Positions 14,956 through 29,216 of a stretch of DNA of 64,000 nt are shown in pieces. The DNA is from Octopus vulgaris (taxonomy: Eukaryota). The position numbers were made by a program, and so were the translations under genes. Each line of letters begins with the position of its first letter. Position 1 is the stretch's first letter. The stretch spans positions 11,966,001-12,030,000 of the forward strand of contig OX597823.1 in the NCBI GenBank assembly GCA_951406725.2. The letters run 5' to 3'. The notes below the pieces were generated by a model, which worked only from the letters and a program-made list of their open reading frames with translations, was not told the origin of the DNA and did no database searches.

Positions 14956-15637
14956 CTTTTATTTCTTTTATTTCCTTTATATGTTTCATTGCAAAGGCCG
15001 TGACCATACTGGAGCACTCAAGTTTCATCACCTTTCCAGTGGCCATCCATCCTTATGGTCCTTAGTGAAAATCGTGCAGGTGAAAAGATCAATCGGGGTA
15101 AGGGGTAACATTTCCGATGCTTCAACCTCACCCCACCCCGTTTTTCAGACCCCCCCCAAAAACGGTTTAGTAGCATATTTGGAGATCAGAGGAATTCATT
15201 CAACGAAAACAAAAAAACATTCCAATGATTCTGGGATGGAGCGGTGACCCCCACCCATTTTTCCCGAACCCAAATAAAGGATTTGCAGCATATTAGGAGA
15301 TCAGGGTAATTGGTTCCACGCAAAATATCCAAGTTTTTTTTTCTTAGTGAAAATTGTGCGGGTGTTAATAGGGAAATTTACCATAATTTTGTTGTTATTT
15401 AGCCTCAAATCAACCTTGATACAGCAAACCTATCATCAAAGACATTCCAACCTTCAGCAAACCGTCTTTTTAGGGATAATCTAGGACATGACATACAATG
15501 GGCGTGTGATTTAGCTAGGGGTATACTTTGACTGCTATTTTTAGCGTGTTGAGCGACCAGGTAGTGGCTCTTTCATTGTTCGATTGATTGCGAGATGAGA
15601 TTTTTTTACACATATATGTATGTATATATATCATCGG

Positions 15638-15676
<39 letters not shown>

Positions 15677-15761
15677 CATTGGCACTTATCAAACACGAAT
15701 TTGGCCATTGTCACTCTGTAACTTCTGCCCATTATTAATATGTGTGTGTGTGTGTGTGTGC

Positions 15762-15829
<68 letters not shown>

Positions 15830-15834
15830 ATATG

Positions 15835-15875
<41 letters not shown>

Positions 15876-16099
15876 GACTCAGAAGTTATTGTTCGCAAAC
15901 AGCAGCAGTAATTTTCTTCACCTGAATACACGTCATTGATTGGTTAAAATTACCCAAATACAACAACTTTAACACGAAATAACTTCCAAAATACAAGATT
16001 TTGTGAAAAACGTTAAGAGTAAACCCTGTTCTATGGGACACGTTCTACCAGTATCCGAACTTTCAAAGTGTTTAGTTACAAAAATTAATTAAAAAATGT

Positions 16100-17493
16100 G
16101 GCCGTCAAATTGAATATATCCCGATGGAAGTTCATCTGGGACCTTGGACAGCAGGATATCAAGTTGTTTCTTGGAAACATCTGCCCCTACTCCATGAAGA
16201 TCCTACATATTTTGGCAAGGCATTAGATAGCTGTGTGCCCTTGAATCCCTGTGCATGGTTCTCACTCTAGACGAGATAGCCGGGACCAGTTCGGAGGTTA
16301 GTATAGCTCATGATGCCAAAGTTTTGTGCCAACACCTCTACTATCTTCCATACGTATATCGATGCAAGCCTGTCTTGTCTTCACTCTAGGGAGTGGGGCT
16401 GTAGTTCTTTCAGTACTTCCTAATAGTTCATCGGTTCCACTGATGCAACCTTCCTGGTGTAGCATCGCTGAACTGCCTCAAGTTCTGCTATTAATTTGAC
16501 ACTGTTGGGCAACTACCATTGGTAGCAGTATTCCAGATGACTAAGTGCAGATGTCCTCCATAAAATCAGCATAGTTTCCTGGTCCCTTGTTCCGAAGGTT
16601 CTTAGAATCCATCCGGTCATTCGCTTGCACACTGCAACCACCTTGGTGATATGTACGGGGAACGAGGCGTCGTTACCCATATCAATCCCCTTATTACGCA
16701 CTGCACTTGACTTTGGGATTGCCGCAGAGTATTGGTCCAGAGTATTGTTCTTGCGGTACGCAAGTACCGGCTAGCTGATAGCAAAGGGCTTGGAATTTAC
16801 TAGCATTAAATTGCATGTTTTTTCCCTTCAGCCCATTTATATATAACATCTCTGTCTTTCTGTAGAAGATTAGCATTGGAAGGGTCCTTGACTGCTTCTA
16901 CTACTTTTGTGTCGACAGCAAAGCTAGTAAGCATAGCTGTCTGAGTAACAGATGGCATATCCGAGTGGCCCACCATAAACAGTAACGGCTCCTAGACAGT
17001 TCCTTGAGGCACTCTACTCACTACTACTATCTCATTTGAAAGGGCCCCTTTGACCGCCACCGCTTTGCTCCTGTCTTTTAAGCAGTCATGTAACCACTCT
17101 TCCAGTTTTCCTACCATGCCGGGTATCTGTAGTTTGTGGCATATCATCCCATGAGCGACCTTATCAAAGGCCTTTGCAAAGTCAAGATATATCACATCCA
17201 CGTTTGAATGGGTCATTAGTTGTTTCAACACTCAGTCATAGTCCTGCAAAAACTGTGTATGGCAACTTCTTCCTGAGCGGAAACCATGCTGGGTGTCGAG
17301 GGGCAAGTCATTATCTGAGAAACCTGAACAGTGTCCTCCTGACGATGCGTTCAATCACTTTACTGACATGGAAGTTAGAGAGTCAGATCTCTAACTTTAG
17401 CATCCGCACTGCTACCTCCCTTACGGATGGGACATATTATGCCCTGCCCTCCTTCAACTTTCTGGGAAGTGTCCCATTTGCGAGGAAGCTCTG
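16100..17493 (-). pseudogene. Degraded CR1-group LINE RT region, same lineage as the 29-32 kb element
   Basis: Minus-strand fragments QSFLANGTLPRKLKEG, HSNVDVIYLDFAKAFDKVAHGMICHKL, SRVPQGTV, MQFNASKFQAL, GWILRTF, with stops and frameshifts. Confidence 0.88.
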
Positions 17494-17499
17494 ATATAC

Positions 17500-17540
<41 letters not shown>

Positions 17541-17543
<3 letters not shown>

Positions 17544-17747
17544 CCGCGTGTGTACTGTTGGCGATTTTTTTCCTCTGTCTCCCCTTCTCTGGGTCTTTCC
17601 TTTTCCTATGTTTCTGACGAAGAGCTCCGCTCGAAACGTAAAACCCTCCTTCTTTCCTTCCTTCCTGAACGTCCAATAATACTATATTTGTTCCACGTCC
17701 TCGCGTTGTTGTGTTTTCTCTTGGTGTTTCATGTTTGGATTAACTTA

Positions 17748-17750
<3 letters not shown>
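17541..17750 (+). mobile_element. Penelope-like pLTR remnant, family P1 (other copies 5415-5630 minus, 56265-56428 plus)
   Basis: Three related copies, each with a hammerhead motif and microsatellite flanks. Confidence 0.6.
17610..17644 (+). ncRNA. Minimal type I hammerhead ribozyme candidate (dimer type)
   Basis: GUUU-CUGACGA-a-GAGC-ucc-GCUC-GAAAC-GUA-AAAC; palindromic ACGU stem III. Confidence 0.65.
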
Positions 17751-17782
<32 letters not shown>

Positions 17783-17807
17783 TGTATGTATGTATGTATG
17801 TATGTAT

Positions 17808-18000
17808 AGGGGAAGAGTTCACGAAAAAACAAACAAAAGACGAAGACAGGTGGTGTAAAAAAACAAACAGATGTATTAGTATAACGCTCAGGAATTGAAA
17901 AGGTCTTTTACGTTTCGAGCCTACGCTCTTCTACAGAAAGGGACAGAAAAAAAACAAGGAGAGAAAAAATGTGTGTAGTGGCTACCGATCTATCATAGCG
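17808..18000 (-). mobile_element. Penelope-like pLTR remnant, family P2
   Basis: Shared body; hammerhead-like motif at 17905-17940 (CUUU-CUGUAGA-a-GAGC-guag-GCUC-GAAAC-GUA-AAAG). Confidence 0.6.
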
Positions 18001-18027
18001 ATATACATACATATATATATATATATA

Positions 18028-18297
18028 AGAATGAAAAGAAATGTGAAAGTCACAGACAGTTTGTATAATAAAGTTTATGGTGCTATCAGGATCATATTAC
18101 ATCATTGCATCATTACAAATTAAATAAGTACCGGTTTCTCGATCAAACGATTTCTCAATTTAAGTTGACAATCGTTTGATCGTGAAACCGGTAGTTATTT
18201 AATTGGTAATGATGTAATGATGTAATATGATCCTAATATCACCATAAACTTTATTAAACAAGCTTTCTGTGACTTTTACATTTCTTTCCTTTCTTAT
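18028..18297. repeat. Fold-back palindrome of about 270 bp with degenerate hammerhead-like centre
   Basis: Arms are near reverse complements; each reads GAAACCGGTA near the centre. Confidence 0.75.
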
Positions 18298-18333
18298 ATA
18301 CGTATCCTATGTGTATACAGAACTTTCCATCCT

Positions 18334-18421
<88 letters not shown>

Positions 18422-18734
18422 GTAAGAAGCTTGCCTTCAAGCAGCTACATGATCCTGGGTTCAGTTACACTGCGTGGCATCTTCGGGAAGTGTCTTCTAG
18501 CTTTCTGATTGGATTTGGTAGGCGGAAACTGAAAGAAGCCTATTGTATATATGCATGTATGTATGGTCTCTCATTCTACTGTTTTTACAAGTGAAAATGG
18601 TTAGTCTCCGTGCACGTGACCTAGTGGCTCAACAAAAAAGACCGATTGAATAATAGAATAATCACCAGATTTATTAAAGAAATTCGTACTGGGGACGTTT
18701 CGTTCAATTAAAACCCTTCAAGGGTGGTTATTTT

Positions 18735-19135
18735 TCAAGTCGATAAGAATTTTCTGGAAGTGTTTGTGGGAACTGTGTGTGTCCTTAATGCTGGTATTCT
18801 TGTGGAAAAGGAATTTTTGTAGTGGCATTACATGTATAATCTTTTCAGGAGGTATGTGCATACACATCTGTGTTCTACCCCTACACACACCGCATGCACA
18901 CATAAAGGCCCTACGAACTTAACCAATACCTAAAAGAAAGAAAACATACTAACGAACACAGATGTGTATGCCCACACACCCTGCAAAGGTTATACGTATA
19001 GTACCGCTACATAAATTCCATTTCCACAAGAACACCAAACTTAAAGACATACACACATTTCTCTCGAACACTTCTTAGAGTTCTTACCGACTCTTAAACC
19101 TCTTACCGACTCTTAAACCTCTTAGCGACTTGACA
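18735..19135. repeat. Diverged inverted repeat (MITE/fold-back-like), arms about 140 bp
   Basis: 18740-18875 is the diverged reverse complement of 18954-19095; cttaccgactcttaaacct repeated at the right end. Confidence 0.65.
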
Positions 19136-20010
19136 AAATCTTGTAGACTATCTAAGCCACTCTCCAAACATATTTAAATATCATGTGTGAAGAGACTGGG
19201 AACTACTTCGATAGCAGATTTTATATAAGAAAACCTTCAGTTAACTTTACAGTAACACAGCCTCATGCACAAGCAAAGCACAAACACATTTCAAATTCTA
19301 TTTGCGAGCAGAATATTCACAACACAGAAAGAGTTAATTGACGTAAAGACATATAAACACATACACATAATACCAGTTATATACATTTGAAATTAAGATA
19401 AAAATTGTATAGAACAGAATCTATTTAATCCGCTCCTTTTCTTTCTTTCTTACTCTCCTTTGTTCACCCACACACAACACATATACAAGAATATATTTGC
19501 ACACACAAACATACATTAATGCGTATGAATACGTGTGTGTATTTGTGATAGTGTGCGCACGCGTATGATGAAAGTTTCAACATCTTAGAACCCTTAAAAG
19601 TATCTTCCAAACCATTAACAGTTTTTCTTACATTTTACAATATTGCCTTCATTTTATTCATGAGTAATAATTTCCATATAAGCTTGTAATTAAACATATA
19701 CAGCTAATTAATTTCCACATGAAAAATTTTTGTTTTAAAATCAACAGTCATTCTCTTGTAAACTGCTTGCTGGTGCAGAACGGCCAAGACAGAGCTTTGT
19801 GTCGCTTTAAGGTTTTATTTGCGGTAACTGTTGACATGGTTATGGGGTTAATAAATTTTTAGTTTCGATCTTACTTTCTGAAAGTGCTTTTACTAGAGCT
19901 TCATGCTGTTTAGTTCCCAGGGAGTATAAGTATCTAGGTAGTAGAGTTTAGTAGAATGGACAATGTGCGCTAGGCGACCGAGTATATGAATGTATTATGT
20001 GTGCATGCAT

Positions 20011-20064
<54 letters not shown>

Positions 20065-20080
20065 TTATATATATATATAT

Positions 20081-20657
<577 letters not shown>

Positions 20658-21204
20658 GTGTGTGTGTGTATGCGTGCATGTGTATTTATGCGGGGACACA
20701 CACACACACATATATGCAAATATAATAACAGAAAATTTAAAGGCGTAGTTGGTTTTTGTAGCTGTGAGACTTCTGTGTTGTTGCTTCCACTCAATGACCT
20801 CGTATTACCGATTTGCCTGGTGCGTTCTTCCGGATATATTCATTACTTTCGACTAACTCACTCACTTCATTTACCCGCTCCTATTCATAATCACCATCCT
20901 TATTGCCATTATAATACACCATCAATGTCATTTTGTCCACTTCTTACTCACTCTTCCTCGTTACCATCGTCATCCTCTGCTGCCATTGACATTAAATTTT
21001 AGTGGAAATCCGGTGAGTTTTTAGTTAAGGATTCATGATCATATTTCACCGCCAAATCTATTTCTCGTAGAACGCTTGTCAGATAGAAACCCAGTCTACA
21101 CAGCTAAGTAGAGGAGGTGTTGCGGCTTATCCCAAGCTATGGATATGCTCTTTTATCTCTTTTATCTCCTAAAGAAGCTTCTCTGTGTGTGTGTGTGTGT
21201 GTGC

Positions 21205-21438
21205 TCTTTACTCTCTCTTTTACTCTTTTACTTGTTTCAGTCATTTGACTGCGGCCATGCTGGAGAACCGCCTTTAGTCGAGCAAATCGAACCCAGACCC
21301 CAGGACTTATTCATTGTAAGCCTAGTACTTATTCTATCGGTTCTCTTTTGCCGAACCGCTAAGTTACGGGGACGTAAACACACCAGCATCAGTTGTCAAG
21401 CGATGTTGGTGGGGGGGGGGACAAACACAAACACACAA

Positions 21439-21497
<59 letters not shown>

Positions 21498-21657
21498 CAT
21501 ATATACGATGGGCTTCTTTCAGTTTCCATGTACCAAATCCACTCACAAAGCTTTGGTCTGCCCGAGGCTATAGTAGAAGCCACTTTCCCAAGGTGCCACG
21601 CAGTGGGACTGAACCTAGAACCATGTGGCAAGCTACTTACCACACAGCCGCTCCTGC
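21205..21657 (-). mobile_element. SINE-A
   Basis: Reverse complement of consensus. Confidence 0.85.
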
Positions 21658-21801
21658 CATCTAACCACAGGTTTGCTTGATCCGTGTTAATCATGACAAA
21701 TGCACTTCATCATTAAAGATACAGTCACGCTGCTTCAGTACTTACGGTGTTTCAATTACTTTCAATGATAATAGATGCAAGGTCTATAGATTATAGATGA
21801 A

Positions 21802-21929
<128 letters not shown>

Positions 21930-22463
21930 CCTTGTGTCTGTTTTGAACTCTCCCTACCACCATCACCATCATTTGAAAACTGGTGTTAATTTTTTTTACT
22001 TCCCCGTAACTTAGTGGTTCGACATAAGACACTGATATAATAAGTTCTTGGAACGAGTTGTTCGACTAAAATAATAAACCTTGAAGACGGTGTCTAAGCA
22101 TGGCCGCACTCCAATGATCGAAACAAGTAAAAGTTCAGCGATAAAAGATACTGGTCAGTATCTGATGGATGAGGTAGCGCGTTCATTGATGGACAAGGCA
22201 GTAGAAATCTATTAAATGATAATTTTAAATTTAGGCACAAGGCTTGTAATTTCTAGGAGAGGAGTCGATTTCATCGGCCCCTGTACTTATCTGGTACTTT
22301 ATTTTGTCGATCACGAAAATGATGAAAGAGAAACTTGATCTCGACGGGATGGGAACTCAGAATTTAGAGCTTGAAGATATGCTGCAACGCATTGTCACGC
22401 TCTCGAATCTATGCCACCTTCCAACTTATAAAACTATAATTTCTTTTTTATGTATAAATAAAA

Positions 22464-22956
<493 letters not shown>

Positions 22957-23484
22957 ATAAAATAACGAGGCGTAGAACCATCTAGTTGTATATACAAAAT
23001 TATTACTCCACAAGTACCCAGTATTGGGCTCTCTTTATCGTAAAGACAGTACTCCGAGTACGACTTATCCAACAGAATTAGCTGGTGCCAGAGTATTCAG
23101 TGCCTACACCAATCCTTCAAAGTACGCTTCCTTCTCCCGGCTATGTCTTGCTTGGTGAATACAACCAGCTGTAGTTGTTCATAATGTACAATACTATATC
23201 GATCGTTTAGAAGCTGGTGATTAAGTTTTCTGGTACTGCTATAACATTGTTCAAACAGCTACAGTAATTTTTCCTCGACGTATGGATACTAAGGCAATGG
23301 TTGAACATTTGTTTTTTGTTTTATTTGTTTTCTTTATTGCCATTTTTTTTTTGAAAATGCGTGTTTTGTTGAAGCTGTTCGGAATTTGTGCGGTGGTCAC
23401 AGAGTTTAGCCACCTGGGTGACTGTTGGCTTATTTAGGGTGTAACACCGGGTTTATTAACCACTGTTATGATATAATATCTAAC

Positions 23485-23720
23485 AGGCGCAGGGTGGCTG
23501 TGTTGTAAGTAGCTTGCTTACCAACAACATGACTCCGGGTTCAGTCCCGCTGCGTGGCACCTTGGGCAAGTGTCTCCTACTATAGCTTCGGGCCGACCAA
23601 AGCCTTTTGAGTGGATTTGGTAGACGGAAACCGAAAAAGCCCGTCGTATATATATAATGGCGATGCCCCAGCATGGTCACAGCTCGTGAGCTGAAACTAG
23701 ATAAAATGATGAAAAACAAA
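23485..23720 (+). mobile_element. SINE-A 5' half joined to a CR1 LINE 3' tail
   Basis: Head to gcccgtcg(TA)n, then tggcgatgccccagcatggtcacagctcgtgagctgaaactag (the LINE version of the tail). Confidence 0.75.
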
Positions 23721-24597
23721 ATGATAGGTACGGGGTTACACATTTTGGAGAGAAGTAACAGTCGATTAAATTTTGTTCACTATATTTTGAAGAACGTGAA
23801 AGGTTCAAAAACACAGTTGACCCCCACAGCAGGATTTGAATTCAAAGCATAACTAAATGTAGCAAATCTTAAAACTACATATAAATTATTAACTAGCGGG
23901 GATTTACACAAGTTAGCTTAAAGAAAGATACAGTTAGTTTTCAAAACAATAGAACGTCATAAATTTCAAGGGATTTGGTTTGTAAGAATTAAAATCATTA
24001 AGCAGATGGATAATAAATTCAAAATTCTTTGGTAATTCGTTAGAATTGGTATTTATAAGTAGTGAATTTGTCAAACCTAGTCTAGTATCCATAGGGATTT
24101 TACAAAGAAAATTTGTGAAAGTTAATGAAAATTAGCTTATTTCAATCGAAGAGGTCACGTATGTCGAAGCATTTGTCCTAGTTTTAATGATCCTATGTAC
24201 GTAAATGTGGTGGCTATATTATGGTTTCGACAACAAGTAGCTAAGGAAGAGAGTGAAATTCAGTCATGCATGATTTTAATTTGATGCTAATGTAAAGTTC
24301 AGAAAGATGAAAGATCTAGTGATGGAACATAAAATCGTAAAAGTGAAAGGATAAATCTGACATTTGAACTCAAAAACAACTTCCTGGTCTTTATGATAAA
24401 ACAAGGATAGTCTCTAGAAGTAGTCATGGATGGGGTGGTAGGCGTCGTTAAGACTCGGGTGGGAAATATAAACAAACTTTGCAAATGTCTCAAAGTCTCT
24501 GAAGATCTTTTCATGGCAACGACATATCTAAGATAGGCTTTCTCTTTAGGCTTATACAATTAATTTAGTTCTCGAGAGCTGATCGCATTTAGTGCGA

Positions 24598-25210
24598 AAA
24601 CTGTAGAGTATTGCTAATATATCTGAGACGGCACTGACTACACAAACATTCTACCCGTCGACATCGTCGTCGTCGTCATCCTCATCTCCACTACCACCAC
24701 CACCATCACCACCACCACCACCACAACCATCACCACCACCACCACCACCACAACCACCACCACAACCACCACCATCACAACCACCACCACCACCACAACA
24801 ACCACCACAACCACCACCACCACCACAACCACCACCACCACCACCACCACCACTACTGCCACCATCACATCCACCGCCGCCATCACAACCACCACCACTA
24901 CCGCCACCATCCCACCACCAAACTGTAGAGTATTGCTAATATATCTGAGACGGCACTGTCTACACAAACACTGTACCCGTCGACATCGTCGTCGTCGTCA
25001 TCCTCATCTCCACTACCACCACCATCAGCACCACCACCACCATCCCCACCACCACCACCACAACCACCAGCACCATCACAACCACCACCACCACCACAAC
25101 CACCACCACCACCACCACCACCACCATCACAACCACCACCACTACCACCATCACAACCACCACCACCACCACCACCACCACCACCACCACCATCACCATC
25201 ACCACCATCG
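24598..25210. repeat. Tandem duplication (unit about 320 bp) containing (CCA)n
   Basis: aaactgtagagtattgctaatatatctgagacggcactg at about 24598 and 24920. Confidence 0.9.
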
Positions 25211-25429
25211 TTGCCCACCTCTTTCACTTCCTCCTCCTCCTCACTACCAACAACAACCATACCAGCGCCATCACTGCTATTGTCATGATGGTTTTGTTGC
25301 TGGTGGTGGTGGTGATCATCATCATCATCATCATCACTGTCACAATTACCATCATATATCGTGTGTTCACAGTAGTTTGAATGCTATGGATTGCCGTTGC
25401 GGCTTTGTTTTTTTTTTGTTTTTGTTTTG

Positions 25430-26020
25430 CTGTTCTCCTTATACCATTCACTGTCTTTTAAGTCTGTCCAATTCTTTATATTATCCATCCACACAATTCT
25501 TGATTTCTCACTTCCTCCTCTTTTCCATTCATTTTGCCTTCCGTTCAATGTCTTTATACTTTTGTATTTTCTTTTTTTCGTAATTAAATGTCTAAAATAT
25601 TTTAGTTTTATGTCTTCGATGGTGTCTAATAAATTGTCTTAGTTTTTTTTTTTCCATTCTTAGTTTTTTTATCTCCAATTTTGTATAATTTTTTTTCTGT
25701 CCATGATATTCTCAAAAGTCTTCCATATGCCCATACATAAAAGACTTTCAATCTATTTAAGAATACTTTTGATAATGTCCATGTTTCAGTTCTATATAGT
25801 AGAATGGACTATACATAACATTTTAATCTCTTTGCTGGTTTCGATATTAATATTTATCGTCGTTACTATGTTTGACACTTTCTTTTTTTTCAGATGACTT
25901 TCTCGCTAATTCAATAGCTTCTTTTAATTTCTGCTTTACATTCCCAGTTTTCAAATCGCGTATGTCTTCCAAACATTCTAAACACCTAATTATTAATGCA
26001 CTAATCAGTGTGTTTTACAT
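25430..26020 (-). pseudogene. RTE-clade LINE RT C-terminal relic
   Basis: Minus-strand reads AYGRLLRISWTEKK, KLKYFRHL, EGKMNGK...WMDNIKNWTDL with frameshifts. Confidence 0.6.
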
Positions 26021-26028
26021 AACGCAAA

Positions 26029-26210
26029 TCTTTATATATAAAAGTCAAGTTGTGTGTCTGTCTCCTACGATTTAGATTCCTAACTACTCCCACATTTTGC
26101 GGTGCAGTTTAACCAAAACCGGGTATCTTATAGTCGTGATTCATATCGAGCCTTTCTGGGTATTAGCGCGCGTCTACGATGAGTCTACGATTAAAAAAAA
26201 AATTACCATT
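26029..26210 (+). mobile_element. Helitron H1 5' fragment
   Basis: TCtttatatataaaa start; body matches the other H1 copies. Confidence 0.75.
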
Positions 26211-26344
26211 ATTACTTATTATATCAGTCTCTTAAGTCGAACCACTAAGTTATGGGGAAGTTAAAATAAAAAAAAACTAACACCAGTTTTCAAATGATGG
26301 TGATGGTGGTGGTGAGGGTTCAAAACAGACACAAAGACACGCAC

Positions 26345-26409
<65 letters not shown>

Positions 26410-27052
26410 GTACGGACTATAAACTTCCGTCCTAGCTGCCATCATAATCCGCCTCTCCCACCTCCTTCTTCTCTTCTCTCTCTCCTCACTTCCTTCCTCC
26501 TAATTATCGTCATCATCGTCCTCGTCGTCGTCGTCATCATCATCATCATCATCATCATCATCGTCATTGCCATCAGTCTAGTATTGGCATGGGTCTAACT
26601 GATTGTACTATATTCTTGGGCTCTTGTTCCTGAAATACCACTCAGTATTCAAGCAGTGAAATTTAGAATCGGTAGAGTATCGAGTAAAATAATTTGTGCG
26701 ATTAATTTACTCACATTTACTGTCTGGGTTCGCATCTTACCAAAGTATGTAACATCAAGAACGATTTCTTTTATATTTTTGATAATAATGATTTCTTACT
26801 TGATAAAATAATTACACGAGTAGATTGGTAAAATCTATTGACTATGTCTACATTATAAGACGTGCTCCGGCATGGCCAAATTCTAATGACTGAATCCAGT
26901 AAAAGAATCTTGTTGCACGGCTGTGTGGTTAAGAAAATTGCCTTTCTGCCACTTGGTTTTGGGTTCAGACTCACAGCACAGCACCTTGGGAAACTGTCTT
27001 CTTCTATAGCCTTGGGCCGAGCAAAACCGTGTAAGAGAATCTACTAGACAGA

Positions 27053-27096
<44 letters not shown>

Positions 27097-27311
27097 AAGA
27101 TAAGAAAATGGAGAAATACATCTAAATCAAATATCAATTACCAGATAATACTCAATCACATACTTTATTAAACCACCATATAAGAGACTGTAGGGTTAAA
27201 TATAAAAAGTAGAACAAATCAGTGTACAAAAAGGAATGTACATAAAAAAGTGTACATAAAAGAGTAATGTTGTATAATAAGTAGAATGCATTTACAACCC
27301 CTATCTCAATT

Positions 27312-27375
<64 letters not shown>

Positions 27376-28372
27376 TGTGTCTTTGTGTCTGTTTTGAACT
27401 CTCCCTACCATCATCACCATCATTTGAAAACTGGTGTTAATCTTTTTCACTTCCCCGTAACTTAGTGGTTCGACATAAGACACTGATATAATAAGTTCTT
27501 GGAACGAGTTGTTCGACTAAAATAATAAACCTTGAAGACGGTGTCTAAGCATGGCCGCACTCCAATGATCGAAACGAGTAAAAGTTCAACGATAAAAGAT
27601 ACTGGTCAGTATCTGATGGATGAGGTAGCGCGCTCATTGATGGACAAGGCAGTTTTTTTTATTATTTAACTCTGAATTGTAGACAGCTATTTTTGAGACA
27701 GCAAACATTCGACAATTTTGAGGGTGAACGCTTAAAATATATATATGTCTTATTAATTATCTTCAGCTGTGATTTGTGCTTAGACCCCGAAAATAGATAG
27801 ATAGATAAATAAAAAAAAGAACTGCGAACTTCATACTATGAATATTTCGACTTCATCACGAACAATAACAGCGCTACTGGTTGGTGTGAGTGACAAAATA
27901 TAGCATAGAAACGAATGGTAATTTCCGCGCGAAATTTATGCCCTCTGCTCTTCTGGGTAATATAAATAGAGAGTACTTACTTGACAGTGCTCCAAAGATG
28001 CAAATATCCTCCCTTGGTTTTTGGTTTATTTTCATAACAAGTTGGCAGACATTTTTTGGGGTTTATTTTATTTATGTATTTTTATATGTTTTACTCTTTG
28101 ACTTTTCTGTAACGGCTGATACCACCACGTAGATTTAACATTGCACTCAATCGTTGAAGTTCTTTTTCCTCCTCTTTCTATCTCTTTCTATTTTTACTGG
28201 CTATGAATAGACTGGTACTACCTCAATATGATTGGTTGTAACATAGGCTTAAATACACTGAGGTATATAAAGAGTAAAAAATAGCTCGTCTTGCTGTTTA
28301 TTCTTGGTATTCTCAATGGAATTAGAAATATAAGAAAAACCACGGAAAAATGATAATCCCTCACAATATATA

Positions 28373-28764
28373 TCTTTATATATAAAAGTGAGGTTGTGTG
28401 CTGTCTGTCTCCTACGATTTAGATTCCTAACTACTCCCACATTTTGCGGTGCAGTGTAACCAAAACCTGGTATCTTATAGTCGTGATTCATATCGAGCCC
28501 TTCTGGGTATTAGCGCGCGTCTACGATGAGTCTACGATTTAAAAAAAAATTACCATCATTTTTTCTCATCTTTAATGCATTTTTTGGCTATTATATAAGG
28601 GAAGTAACACTCTAAAAATGTATTATTAAATCTCAGAACGTAAAAAGCTACAGTAACACCCCGCTTTGTGGTTAGCCATATTGAATGGCTATTATACTTT
28701 ACATCTCTAAAAATGCTTATATAGTTATTTCCCTTACAAACCCGAGCCACGCCGGGCGATACTG

Positions 28765-28767
<3 letters not shown>
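28373..28767 (+). mobile_element. Non-autonomous Helitron H1
   Basis: TC start, H1 body, terminal hairpin and cgatactgcta end. Confidence 0.85.
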
Positions 28768-28798
<31 letters not shown>

Positions 28799-28847
28799 AG
28801 ATGCGGATTTATTTTATGAAATTTACTCGTAATTTACTAAGCAACTA

Positions 28848-29060
28848 AGCCTGTGAGCTAGCAGAATCGTTACCACGTCGGTAGAATGCTTAGTGGTATT
28901 TCATCCGTCTTTACGTTCTGGGTTCATATTCCGTCGAAGTCGACTTTGCCTTTCATCCTTTCGGAGTAGATAAATTAAGTACCAGTTGAACACTAGGGTG
29001 AATGTAATCTACAAGCTCCCTCCCTCAAAATTGCTGGCCTTGTGCCGAAGTACGAAGCCA
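28848..29060 (+). mobile_element. Diverged SINE-B-related copy (similar relics near 9830, 22230, 37630-37980, 52400, 59880)
   Basis: gtcgactttgcctttcatcctttcgg...aagtaccagttg core. Confidence 0.65.
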
Positions 29061-29216
29061 ATTTACTAAACAATTACAATTACCGGCTAACGACGAATTC
29101 CGCATGCAGTCCTTCGGCCAGCTAAAAATGGCTGTAAGATCTCTCTTTCAAATTTCAAGCTAACACCAAAAAGAGAATGCTGTCGAAAGGGCAGCTGCTG
29201 AGCAACAATCTTTTTT

